Source of the DNA: an uncultured Alphaproteobacteria bacterium | GTDB lineage: Bacteria > Pseudomonadota > Alphaproteobacteria > RF32 > CAG-239 | Direction: 5' to 3' | NCBI GenBank assembly: GCA_946629975.1 | Contig: CAMOYJ010000001.1 | Location: forward strand, 1-63,531 | Length of the DNA: 63,531 nucleotides | Shown here: piece by piece, positions 1-7,685 of the stretch | Layout of the letters: each line of letters starts with the position of its first letter | Position numbering within the stretch: position 1 is the stretch's first letter | The notes under the pieces: model-generated | What the model was told of the DNA's origin: nothing | Seen by the model: only the letters and a program-made list of their open reading frames with translations | Database searches by the model: none | Translations under genes and position numbers: made by a program

Positions 1-2
1 TT

Positions 3-509
3 GCGGGGGAGGCGCCGGAAAAGTTTCAAAACCCGATATTTAACAACAAGCTTTATAGTGGCGGGAAGAAAGTTTTTTCACACGATATTTTGATAACACC
101 GACTTCAATCACGGATTATGACAATAGTAAAGAAAATGCCGAATGCGAATATATCGCTGAGAATGAAAAGGCGATATTGCTTAAATGCAATGAACCGCAT
201 GTTTTATCGCAAGGCAATTTTTGGAGTTATAGGCTGTTTTTTGTGAAATATAAAAATGAATGGTCTGATGGAACAAAAGAGTGTAATGTTTGGGTATGTG
301 AGATTATCTTAGATAATGAGGGGATGCCTAAAGAATACCAAGATAAATTTGCGCCGATTTATGTGAGCGAAATCTTTAACTGCGCGGATGAAAAAGATTA
401 TAATAAAGAACGTCCTAATTATGAAAAAATAGATTGTCAAAAAGAATATGAAGACAGGAATTGGGAAAAATATATTCCGGGCAGATGGGAAGATATGAAA
501 TGGTCTTAA
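3..509 (+). CDS. Hypothetical protein, 5' end outside the window
   Basis: The frame is open from base 3 to the stop at 507-509, so the TTG at 90 in the ORF track is probably internal. No family recognised. Confidence 0.4.
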   Translation, partial: AGEAPEKFQNPIFNNKLYSGGKKVFSHDILITPTSITDYDNSKENAECEYIAENEKAILLKCNEPHVLSQGNFWSYRLFFVKYKNEWSDGTKECNVWVCEIILDNEGMPKEYQDKFAPIYVSEIFNCADEKDYNKERPNYEKIDCQKEYEDRNWEKYIPGRWEDMKWS

Positions 510-595
510 AAAGTAAAGGATTGTTTTTATGAAAAAATTTGTTTTGATATTGAGTTTTAAGGCAATGATATAAAATTAAAAGTTTCGTTTTAAGC

Positions 596-627
596 AAAGA
601 GGGGCTTTCCCTCTTTTTTGTTTTTTG
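596..627 (+). terminator. Rho-independent terminator
   Basis: agaggg/ccctct hairpin followed by a T-run. Confidence 0.5.
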
Positions 628-639
628 AAAGGAAAAAAA

Positions 640-1182
640 ATGAGTATTGAATTTTTAAGTTTTCAGGATATGGCAAAAAACCAAAATGAAAATAGAGGTG
701 TTTTTGCGCGCTTTTACGACAAAAGCGTGAAGACCGGAAATATCAAAAAAAACGGAATGCCGGAGTTTGCAAACAAGCTTTATATCGAAATTCGCATCAA
801 AGATGAACGCGATGTGTTTGATCAACCGGCAACGGCAGAGCATATCAAAAGATTTGCGGTTGAATACAACAAATATTTGAGCGAAAAAAAGGAAATCGGA
901 AGCGGAACGCCGCTCAGCAGTTTTGCTTTTTTATCGGCTGAGCAAATCGAAAGTTGCAAGTTTAGAAATATTTTCAGCGTTGAGGCTCTGGCAGCTTTGG
1001 ACGATGAGAAGGCAAAAGAGCTTGATTTAAATATGGAAAAAAAGCTGGCCGCTGATTTTTTGAAAGCATCAAAAAACAACCAAGTGCTTTTTGAAAATAT
1101 GAAAAAAGAACGAAAATATTTGGAAGAAATCAGAGCCTTAAAAGAAGAAATTGAAAGGCTTAAAACAAATGGTGGAAAATAA
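640..1182 (+). CDS. Hypothetical phage protein
   Basis: ATG at 640 preceded by aaagga (the track start at 625 is a TTG). Lys/Glu-rich C-terminal coiled region. No family recognised. Confidence 0.55.
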   Translation: MSIEFLSFQDMAKNQNENRGVFARFYDKSVKTGNIKKNGMPEFANKLYIEIRIKDERDVFDQPATAEHIKRFAVEYNKYLSEKKEIGSGTPLSSFAFLSAEQIESCKFRNIFSVEALAALDDEKAKELDLNMEKKLAADFLKASKNNQVLFENMKKERKYLEEIRALKEEIERLKTNGGK

Positions 1183-1606
1183 AATAGAAATCTTTCTTGA
1201 TTTGACGGGAGATGTGAGAGATTGGGTCGGTTTAGGCTTAAATGAACCGAAAGATTGGGTCGGACAAAACATCACACTTGGGGTGAAAATGGGCAAACAG
1301 CTGATTGCAGGCATCGTTTTTCACGATATCAGACCAAGAACAGATGTTTGGCTGACAATTTTCAGCACTGACAAAAAATGGTGCAACAAAAGGGTTTTAA
1401 GGGCGATATTTGATATCGCTTTTAATTTTTTGGAATGCCGGCGGGCGAGTGTGCGCGTGGACGCGTTCAATAAAAAAAGCCGAAAACTCGTTGAGGGTTT
1501 GGGCTTTATAAAAGAAGGGGTTCTACGCCGCTTTGAAGACAACGGAAACGACGGTATAATTTATTCAATGTTAAAAAATGAATGTGTATGGAGGACAAAA
1601 AAATGA
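1169..1606 (+). CDS. GNAT-family N-acetyltransferase
   Basis: C-terminal half (RASVRVDAFNKKSRKLVEGLGFIKEGVLRRF...IIYSML) has the GNAT acetyl-CoA-binding pattern. ATG at 1169 overlaps the upstream stop. Confidence 0.6.
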   Translation: MVENKIEIFLDLTGDVRDWVGLGLNEPKDWVGQNITLGVKMGKQLIAGIVFHDIRPRTDVWLTIFSTDKKWCNKRVLRAIFDIAFNFLECRRASVRVDAFNKKSRKLVEGLGFIKEGVLRRFEDNGNDGIIYSMLKNECVWRTKK

Positions 1607-2298
1607 GTAAAAGCTTAAATGTTTTTAATAAGGTGAGCGACGGGTTGAAGGTCAATTTTGATCGTCGTCCGACAGATCAATATATCAACTATTTAAATAA
1701 TTATGACACAACAAATGCGGATAATGTTTATGCCAATTTGGGCAATTGGGCATCAAGAGCAAGCAACAATTTAAAAAATATGGGCGATTATACATTTCAT
1801 GTGGATGGCTCTGAGGCGGCAAAGAAACGCACGGAAGATGCAACTTTTGAAAATTATTTAGGCAAGATTTTGCCATCATATGAACTTGAAAAAGATGCTT
1901 TGCAAACAAGGCTCTTAAACCAAGGCATTGGTGTTGATTCGGCAGCTTATGCAAATGCAATGGGAAGCTTAAACAGTGCGCAAAATGGAGCATTAAATGA
2001 AGGAGCATATCAAGCCATAGCAGCCGGTCAAAATGCATTTACAAATGATTTGAACAACAACTTGGCAGTTGCAAATTTTGCTAACGCAGCCCAGCAAAAC
2101 TATATCAATCAACTTATCTCAGCTTTGGCGGGAAATTTAAGCGGATATGATGTGGCAAATGAAAAGTATAATGTCGGCAACACTCTTGCTCAAAATAAAG
2201 CGAGTGCACAAAACAACTCGTTAACTCAAAAACTAAAAGCATTGAAGATGGCCATTGATGGTGGAAAAAGTGCCGCTTCCATGTTTGCGCAAGGGTAA
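1603..2298 (+). CDS. Hypothetical phage structural protein (Ala/Asn/Gln-rich)
   Basis: ATG at 1603 follows ggagga and overlaps the upstream stop (ATGA). The low-complexity A/N/Q-rich sequence is typical of virion or tail-associated proteins. Confidence 0.5.
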   Translation: MSKSLNVFNKVSDGLKVNFDRRPTDQYINYLNNYDTTNADNVYANLGNWASRASNNLKNMGDYTFHVDGSEAAKKRTEDATFENYLGKILPSYELEKDALQTRLLNQGIGVDSAAYANAMGSLNSAQNGALNEGAYQAIAAGQNAFTNDLNNNLAVANFANAAQQNYINQLISALAGNLSGYDVANEKYNVGNTLAQNKASAQNNSLTQKLKALKMAIDGGKSAASMFAQG

Positions 2299-2309
2299 GG
2301 AGAAGAAAA

Positions 2310-3044
2310 ATGGCTTTTGACAGCGAAGGAAATTTTACACGTTTACATCATTGGGAAAATGATAGATTAAATGACATAGGTATTGTTTCTGACAGGCATG
2401 ATGAGGAAGATGATAATTTTGCAAATGCCTTGAATAATTGTTTCTTGCGAGATGGTCGTGTGCCTTTAAGCGGTGCGCTTAAAATGAACAGCAACCAAAT
2501 TAAAAACATGGCGCAGGGAACGGCGCTAAATGACGCCGTGACAAAAGGGCAGACCGAAAATTTAATTTCAATTTTGAAAGAAGAAATATTTGATTTGGTA
2601 TCGGCAAACTTGGATTTAGGGGATATTAAAGCATCCGTTCAAACAGAAAATCATGGCTGTTGGCTTTTATGTGACGGTCAGGCGGTTTCTCGCTCGACGT
2701 ATGCTGAGCTTTTTGATTTAATCGGAACGAACTTTGGTGCAGGCGATGGGGTGAGCACTTTTAATGTGCCGGACTATCGAGGAAAGTTTTTGCGCGGTTT
2801 GGGCGGCGATTCGGAAGAAGATATTTATACAACGCAAGCGGAAGGGTTGCCATCTGTGCCTTATACAAGGATTCCTCAAGCGCAAAATCAGTATGATAGA
2901 TATGGCTCATCAGGAACTTTTCCTGTTAATAATTGGAACTACCAAACAGTTTATGCAACAACTGATATTTACGGTGCAAGTGAACACGTGACACCGATTA
3001 ACCAAGCAGTTAACTTCTTTATTAAAGCAAAAAAGGAGGCTTAA
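2310..3044 (+). CDS. Phage tail-collar-domain protein (tail fibre / receptor-binding)
   Basis: CDGQAVSRSTYAELFDLIGTNFGAGDGVSTFNVPDYRGKFLRG matches the phage tail collar domain signature. Confidence 0.75.
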   Translation: MAFDSEGNFTRLHHWENDRLNDIGIVSDRHDEEDDNFANALNNCFLRDGRVPLSGALKMNSNQIKNMAQGTALNDAVTKGQTENLISILKEEIFDLVSANLDLGDIKASVQTENHGCWLLCDGQAVSRSTYAELFDLIGTNFGAGDGVSTFNVPDYRGKFLRGLGGDSEEDIYTTQAEGLPSVPYTRIPQAQNQYDRYGSSGTFPVNNWNYQTVYATTDIYGASEHVTPINQAVNFFIKAKKEA

Positions 3045-3045
3045 A

Positions 3046-3396
3046 ATGAGTGGAACGATTAGCGAAAATTTAATTACGGTCAGACAAGGCGACAGCTTTG
3101 CGATCAACTTTGAGCTCAAAGATAAATGCGAGCCGGTGGATTTGACAGGGGCAACAATGTTGATGCAGGTCAGAGACGACAGCGGAAACTTGATGTTTTC
3201 TGTGGGCGGAACGCTGGTCGATGCCGTAAACGGAAAAATTGCGATTTTATTAACGCCGTTACAGACAAACATTGCGGTTGGCGATTATAACACCGACATT
3301 CAGGTGACTTTATTGGACGGATCGGTCAACACCATATATCCAGCAAATCCGAACCAAATTGCGACATTTAGGGTCACCGAACAAATCACAAAATAG
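3046..3396 (+). CDS. Small beta-rich phage protein (hypothetical)
   Basis: Starts 2 nt after the previous stop. Good coding look. Position between two fibre genes. Confidence 0.5.
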   Translation: MSGTISENLITVRQGDSFAINFELKDKCEPVDLTGATMLMQVRDDSGNLMFSVGGTLVDAVNGKIAILLTPLQTNIAVGDYNTDIQVTLLDGSVNTIYPANPNQIATFRVTEQITK

Positions 3397-3405
3397 GGGT
3401 TTGAA

Positions 3406-4386
3406 ATGAAGATAAACGAAGATGAGGCACATTTAAGGGTTGAAATCAGCTCAGGCGGGCAGATGACAGCGCAAATTGAGCCGAAAAGAAAGATTGATGT
3501 TTTGATCGGCGATGCGGCAAAGATGGACTGCCAAAGGGCGATTAATTACATCAAATCAGGCACGGCGGAAATCGACAAAGCTGTTGAAGACGGCATTGAA
3601 AAGATAGAGCAAAAAGTTGAAGGCATGGCAGATGTTGACCTTTCAAATTTATCATTTTTAGGAAGAGCAAAGTTTGATGCAAAGCAAGATGCGATTTCAG
3701 ATTTAGCAACAATCAGAGAGGGCGCTGCTTTGGGGGCAACGGCTGTTCAGCCTACCGATTTAGCAATGGTTGCAACAACAGGTGATTATGATGACCTTTC
3801 TGGAACACCCACACTTGCAAGTGTGGCAACAAGCGGAAGTTATAACGATCTTTCAAACAAGCCAAGCATTCCTGCAGCGCAGGTCAATTCTGACTGGAAC
3901 GCTACATCGGGCGTGGCTCAGATTTTAAACAAACCTTCGCTTGCGGCAGTTGCAACAAGCGGTGCATATGCGGATTTGAGCGGCACGCCTGATTTAAGCG
4001 CAAAAGCAGATACCGACCTTTCAAACGTTTCGGCATCTGATATGACAACAGCAATGGAAGGCTCGAACACTCCCGTTATTGTTGAAACATATAAAAACGG
4101 TGATAACTGGTATCGGGTTTGGTCTGACGGATGGTGCGAGCAACGAATTTGGTGTAATGTGAACGGTGCAACAAATGCTTGGTCTTATAATATCGGTAAC
4201 TTTCAACTCTTAAAACAAATGAAAGATACAACATACACGGTTGTCCTTTGGTCTGATTTGCAACACACAAACAACGGACACGCAGTAACAATAGGAACAA
4301 AAACAACAACAGATTTTAAGCTGAACACATATAACTGTGCTGTTAATGGGCCGGCTATCATATACGGATATATTGCGGAGGAGTAA
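3406..4386 (+). CDS. Phage tail fibre protein with three VATxGxYxDLSxxPxL repeats
   Basis: Three copies of a ~15-aa motif (VATTGDYDDLSGTPTL, VATSGSYNDLSNKPSI, VATSGAYADLSGTPDL) of the kind common in tail fibre proteins. Trp/Asn-rich C-terminal domain. Confidence 0.7.
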   Translation: MKINEDEAHLRVEISSGGQMTAQIEPKRKIDVLIGDAAKMDCQRAINYIKSGTAEIDKAVEDGIEKIEQKVEGMADVDLSNLSFLGRAKFDAKQDAISDLATIREGAALGATAVQPTDLAMVATTGDYDDLSGTPTLASVATSGSYNDLSNKPSIPAAQVNSDWNATSGVAQILNKPSLAAVATSGAYADLSGTPDLSAKADTDLSNVSASDMTTAMEGSNTPVIVETYKNGDNWYRVWSDGWCEQRIWCNVNGATNAWSYNIGNFQLLKQMKDTTYTVVLWSDLQHTNNGHAVTIGTKTTTDFKLNTYNCAVNGPAIIYGYIAEE

Positions 4387-4390
4387 AAAG

Positions 4391-4717
4391 ATGAAACTGA
4401 ATAAACCATATACAAGTAAACAATACGCCGACTTGGCTGTTTATTGCAACGAAAATAATTGCCATATTGAAGATAAGGGCGATTATTTGGAAAGCGTTAA
4501 AAACCCGCCTTTGCCCGAGCCGACAGATGACGAGCAAAGACAAAATCGTGCGGCGGCGTATCAGGCAGAGGTTGACCCGATAACAGCGCATATCGAGCGT
4601 TTAAGAGATGAGGCAGAGCCTGACGAGGTAAAAATCGCCGAGCTCATTGCCGAGCGCACAAAAAAGGTTGAGGAAATTAAACAAAAGTTTCCGTATAAAA
4701 ACGGAGAGGAAAAATGA
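4391..4717 (+). CDS. Hypothetical phage protein (possible fibre chaperone)
   Basis: ATG at 4391 after ggaggag. Acidic, helical C-terminus. The function is inferred from position only. Confidence 0.45.
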   Translation: MKLNKPYTSKQYADLAVYCNENNCHIEDKGDYLESVKNPPLPEPTDDEQRQNRAAAYQAEVDPITAHIERLRDEAEPDEVKIAELIAERTKKVEEIKQKFPYKNGEEK

Positions 4718-4992
4718 TTAACGACATCAAAGTGGTTTTATTTTTGATAGCGGCGGCGATTGCTTCCGCTATCATTCGTTTTAAGAGCCTGACACAGCTT
4801 TTGATTGATGCGGTGTTGGGTTTTGTGATGGGGTATTCTTTTTATTTGCTCTTAGGCTTTTGGGTTGCAGACGGCGCAACAAGAAGCGGTTTTTGCGGCA
4901 TTATCATTTTATGCTCACGCCCCTTATACGACTGGGCAAATGCCTTTATTTTAAACAAACTGACAGATTTAATTGAAAAGAAAATCAAATGA
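4714..4992 (+). CDS. Holin-like small membrane protein
   Basis: 92 aa with three hydrophobic segments and a charged C-terminus. ATGA overlap with the upstream gene. Lies immediately upstream of the spanin-like pair. Confidence 0.5.
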   Translation: MINDIKVVLFLIAAAIASAIIRFKSLTQLLIDAVLGFVMGYSFYLLLGFWVADGATRSGFCGIIILCSRPLYDWANAFILNKLTDLIEKKIK

Positions 4993-5225
4993 CAACAGCT
5001 TATAAACTGTTTTTGGGCACATTGCTCGAAATTTTGCTTTGCGCCGGATTCTATTTTTTGGGTCGCGCGCATAGTGAGGTGAAAATTTTGCATGAAAGAG
5101 GTGAAGAAATCACCAAAGAAGTTGAGGTTATAAAATATGTGGAACAAAAGAAAGCTGAAATATGGACAGAGCCTAACGCTTCTAATGCTGAGCTTATCAA
5201 GTTGTTCATGCAAAATAAATTATGA
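4989..5225 (+). CDS. i-spanin-like protein (N-terminal TM helix plus charged helical domain)
   Basis: A single N-terminal TM helix (LFLGTLLEILLCAGFYFLG) followed by a charged region. Its 3' end overlaps a lipoprotein ORF in another frame. Confidence 0.4.
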   Translation: MTTAYKLFLGTLLEILLCAGFYFLGRAHSEVKILHERGEEITKEVEVIKYVEQKKAEIWTEPNASNAELIKLFMQNKL

Positions 5226-5376
5226 TGTTTGTCCGGTCTACCCCAAAGGCGGACAAAACGTTGGGCAAGAACTGAGTAAATTGAACACGGCGGAATATCC
5301 GGCGCTTTTTGAGTGGCTCGGACGGATTAACAAATTAAGGCAAGAATTAGAGCTTTGTGAGCAAAGCATAAAATAA
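5137..5376 (+). CDS. o-spanin-like small lipoprotein
   Basis: N-terminus MWNKRKLKYGQSLTLLMLSLSS|C has a positive n-region, an h-region and a lipobox. It overlaps the preceding ORF by 89 nt, matching the overlapped Rz/Rz1 architecture. Confidence 0.45.
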   Translation: MWNKRKLKYGQSLTLLMLSLSSCSCKINYDVCPVYPKGGQNVGQELSKLNTAEYPALFEWLGRINKLRQELELCEQSIK

Positions 5377-5377
5377 A

Positions 5378-5406
5378 CCCTCGCATTTGAGCGGGGGATT
5401 TTTTTT
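5378..5406 (+). terminator. Rho-independent terminator
   Basis: ccctcgc-atttga-gcggggg hairpin followed by a T8 run. Confidence 0.75.
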
Positions 5407-5418
5407 GTTTTAAATATA

Positions 5419-5447
5419 TTGACAAAAATCACAAAATTTGTTAAAAC
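5419..5447 (+). promoter_or_regulatory. Sigma70-type promoter candidate
   Basis: TTGACA, 17-nt spacer, TAAAAC, located 22 nt upstream of the 5470 start. Confidence 0.4.
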
Positions 5448-5469
5448 TTTTTTGAAAAGAGAACAATAA

Positions 5470-6723
5470 ATGTTATCAAAAGCAGAGCTTCAAGAAGATT
5501 TAAATGATATTTGCGCACAAACAAAGGGGCGCTGGCTTTGCTATGATGATATTCACACCAAAAATTTGAATGCAGACACGACGCGTTATCTCAAAGAGCT
5601 AAAAAGGCTTGGATATTCTAAAACGAATTTGCTTTCAATGGGGTATTTGGATTTGGCCTATGGCGGCGGATTGGAAATCAGGCACCAAGAAGAATCAAAA
5701 GGGGCCGGCTATACACTCGACGGAAAAAACAACAACAAAAATAAATTAGTCGTTTTATCAGGTTTTGCAAGGCAAAACGACAGACATACGGTTTATCATG
5801 AAGCGGCGCATCTCTACCAGTTTGAATACAACATTTTCAACATTCGTTATCGCGGAGAATATGAAACATATCTCTCAGAAACGCACGCAAATACCTTTGC
5901 GGCAGCAGTGCTGTTGCTCAAAGCAAAAAATGTGTTTGAATATAAAAAACAAAGGCTTGCTCTTTTTGCAAACAATGTGAACATGGTCAATGACAAACGC
6001 AAAAAACTGCTCTATTACCTCTCTTTGCCGATAGAGCTGGAGATGGTAAAAATTATCAGAAAAGAAGGACGTGCGAACGTGCGGGCAAAATTTGAGAAAA
6101 AAGGAAGGCTCGATTTTAAAAAAATCGCTTTTTGGACGGCTGATTTGGTGCGAGAGCATGCCTATACAAAAGAAGAATTTGAAAAAATTCAAAAAGGTGA
6201 TTTTACGCTAAGATATGAATTGCTCAAGAAAAAGGCCAAGTCATATCGTGTTTTGGGCAGAGCTTTTAGCTTGCAACAAAAACTTCAAAAAACAGCGCAA
6301 AACAAGCGACATTACAAAATTGAAAAGCAAAGAATTGAAACAATAAAAGAAAAACTGAAGCCGCTGCCTGAAAAAAATAAGCAGGCGCAAATGATAAATG
6401 CGGCGTGTGCCCTTGATAATTTTCAAGTAAGATTACTTCAAGAATATGGAATTTTTGATGCGCTTTCAGATGTTGTGGACGGCGAGGTTTGCAGCGTGCC
6501 AGATAAATATAAACAAAATGCAAAAGCACTTGATGAAATCAGCGCAACATTTGAAAAAATGAAAACCATTTATCAAAGGTGGCAAAATGAGGCATATTTT
6601 CAAGATTTGGTTGATAATCTGCTCTTTATTGAAACGCGCGATGAAGTCTGGGCCTCAAAAGAAGAAATGAAAAAAAATCTTCAAAGAAGAGATTTTGAAT
6701 TTGGTCTTCAAAACGAAAGATAA
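5470..6723 (+). CDS. ImmA/IrrE-like (M78, DUF955) zinc-metallopeptidase-domain protein with a long Lys/Glu-rich C-terminal region
   Basis: HEAAHLYQ (HExxH) is followed ~25 aa later by SETHANTFAAAVLL. This matches the ImmA/IrrE pattern HExxH...ExxANxFAxxLL. Confidence 0.55.
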   Translation: MLSKAELQEDLNDICAQTKGRWLCYDDIHTKNLNADTTRYLKELKRLGYSKTNLLSMGYLDLAYGGGLEIRHQEESKGAGYTLDGKNNNKNKLVVLSGFARQNDRHTVYHEAAHLYQFEYNIFNIRYRGEYETYLSETHANTFAAAVLLLKAKNVFEYKKQRLALFANNVNMVNDKRKKLLYYLSLPIELEMVKIIRKEGRANVRAKFEKKGRLDFKKIAFWTADLVREHAYTKEEFEKIQKGDFTLRYELLKKKAKSYRVLGRAFSLQQKLQKTAQNKRHYKIEKQRIETIKEKLKPLPEKNKQAQMINAACALDNFQVRLLQEYGIFDALSDVVDGEVCSVPDKYKQNAKALDEISATFEKMKTIYQRWQNEAYFQDLVDNLLFIETRDEVWASKEEMKKNLQRRDFEFGLQNER

Positions 6724-6732
6724 AAAACTTAT

Positions 6733-7008
6733 TTGACATTTGATGAAAAATCATCCATAATTAAAAACGGATATGAGATTTGCTTGTATCAAGTGCCTTT
6801 AAGGTGCGGAGCTTTAAAACGGCTTATACAGTATGCAGTGATGGATAACACTGTGATAAGTGTTGTTTTTTTATAACACGATTATCCCCGATAAGAGTCG
6901 GGGAGCTTATAACGGATGTTCAAGGTTTTTCCTAAAGGTTATAAGAGTCATTTCGTACTGTATGATTGTTTTACTCTCCGACCGCTCTTTGTAAGGTGCG
7001 GTTTTTTA
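6733..7008 (+). promoter_or_regulatory. Promoter + structured leader + intrinsic terminator (divergent member of a 3-copy leader family)
   Basis: TTGACA-17-CATAAT promoter (6733-6761). Nested helices 6807-6820/6968-6980 and 6826-6834/6955-6963. Hairpin tccccga/tcgggga (6885-6904). accgc/gcggt stem plus T-run at 6981-7007. SD and ATG follow at 7029. Confidence 0.45.
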
Positions 7009-7028
7009 TTTTGGAAGATGAGGGTAAC

Positions 7029-7649
7029 ATGATAAAAATAAAAGAAAACGGCAGAAGTATGGTTGAAATGTTAGGGGTGCTTGCAATTATCGGTGTTTTA
7101 AGCGCCGGTGCTTTGGCAGGTTTTAGTCATGCGATGAAAAAACATAAGATGAACCAATTGATTTCTGACTTAGAAACAATGGTAGAAGGATTATCAGAAT
7201 ATAAAGATGAGTTTGGGCAGCAAGGTAACGGAAATGAACAATTTGTGTTGTCGCAATATGTTAGACGATTTAATTTGCTGCCACAAAATTGGAAGACGGA
7301 TGGATATTATTTTTTTGATCTTTTTAATAACAAAATATTATTTTTTGCAAGAAGTTCGCGCTTAAGTATTGATTATTCCAATACGAGTGAAGTCAAAACA
7401 ATTTGTTCGGATTTAGTCATGGGTTTTGGCAAACCAAACAGCCATGCTTTATACCTTCTTCGCGTATGGCGACAGGCTGACGAAAACGGTGAAAATCAAG
7501 GTAATTCAGAAGTATATTATGGTGATAAAGTTTGCAATGACTCTAAAATCTGTATCAAAGATATGACAGCAACAGATGCGGCAGAAATGTGCCGGACATG
7601 TAATGAGGGCAGAACATGTGTTTTGGTTTTTGAGTTTTTGCCATACTAA
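7029..7649 (+). CDS. Prepilin-type N-terminal cleavage/methylation-domain protein (type IV pilin / pseudopilin-like)
   Basis: MIKIKENG|RSMVEMLGVLAIIGVLSAGALAGF is a class III signal, with Gly at -1, Glu at +5 and a hydrophobic helix. Six Cys in the C-terminal part. The start was moved from 6966 to the ATG at 7029, downstream of the terminator. Confidence 0.65.
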   Translation: MIKIKENGRSMVEMLGVLAIIGVLSAGALAGFSHAMKKHKMNQLISDLETMVEGLSEYKDEFGQQGNGNEQFVLSQYVRRFNLLPQNWKTDGYYFFDLFNNKILFFARSSRLSIDYSNTSEVKTICSDLVMGFGKPNSHALYLLRVWRQADENGENQGNSEVYYGDKVCNDSKICIKDMTATDAAEMCRTCNEGRTCVLVFEFLPY

Positions 7650-7657
7650 AAAAATTC

Positions 7658-7685
7658 TTGACTTAGAAAAAAAATCAGCTATAAA
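7658..7685 (+). promoter_or_regulatory. Sigma70-type promoter candidate for the ffh operon
   Basis: TTGACT, 16-nt spacer, TATAAA. It would give a ~130-nt leader. Confidence 0.4.

Larger units (their letters stand above)
1..6723 (+). mobile_element. Phage-derived segment (tail fibre, lysis and accessory genes), truncated by the left window edge
   Basis: Uninterrupted same-strand block of abutting or overlapping ORFs. It includes a tail-collar-domain protein, a repeat-containing fibre protein, a 3-TM holin-like protein and an overlapping TM-protein/lipoprotein pair, and ends at a strong terminator. No integrase or att site is visible in the window. Confidence 0.6.

Noticed and set aside
5378-5397. 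Near-identical terminator stems ccctcgc...gcggggg at 5378 and 11393, considered as a dispersed repeat family.
   Set aside because: Only a 7-bp GC stem is shared and the loops differ. This is too short to separate from convergent terminator design.
6966-7028. Longer N-terminus for the pilin-like gene (track start 6966). Similar long starts occur at 29181 (outer-membrane factor), 13777 (rplM), 40025 (HlyD-like), 36454 (DUF2497-like) and 45161 (Cys-rich protein).
   Set aside because: The extensions run through terminator hairpins or the 3' ends of upstream genes and lack ribosome-binding sites. Internal starts give canonical N-termini such as signal peptides, lipoboxes or conserved family starts.
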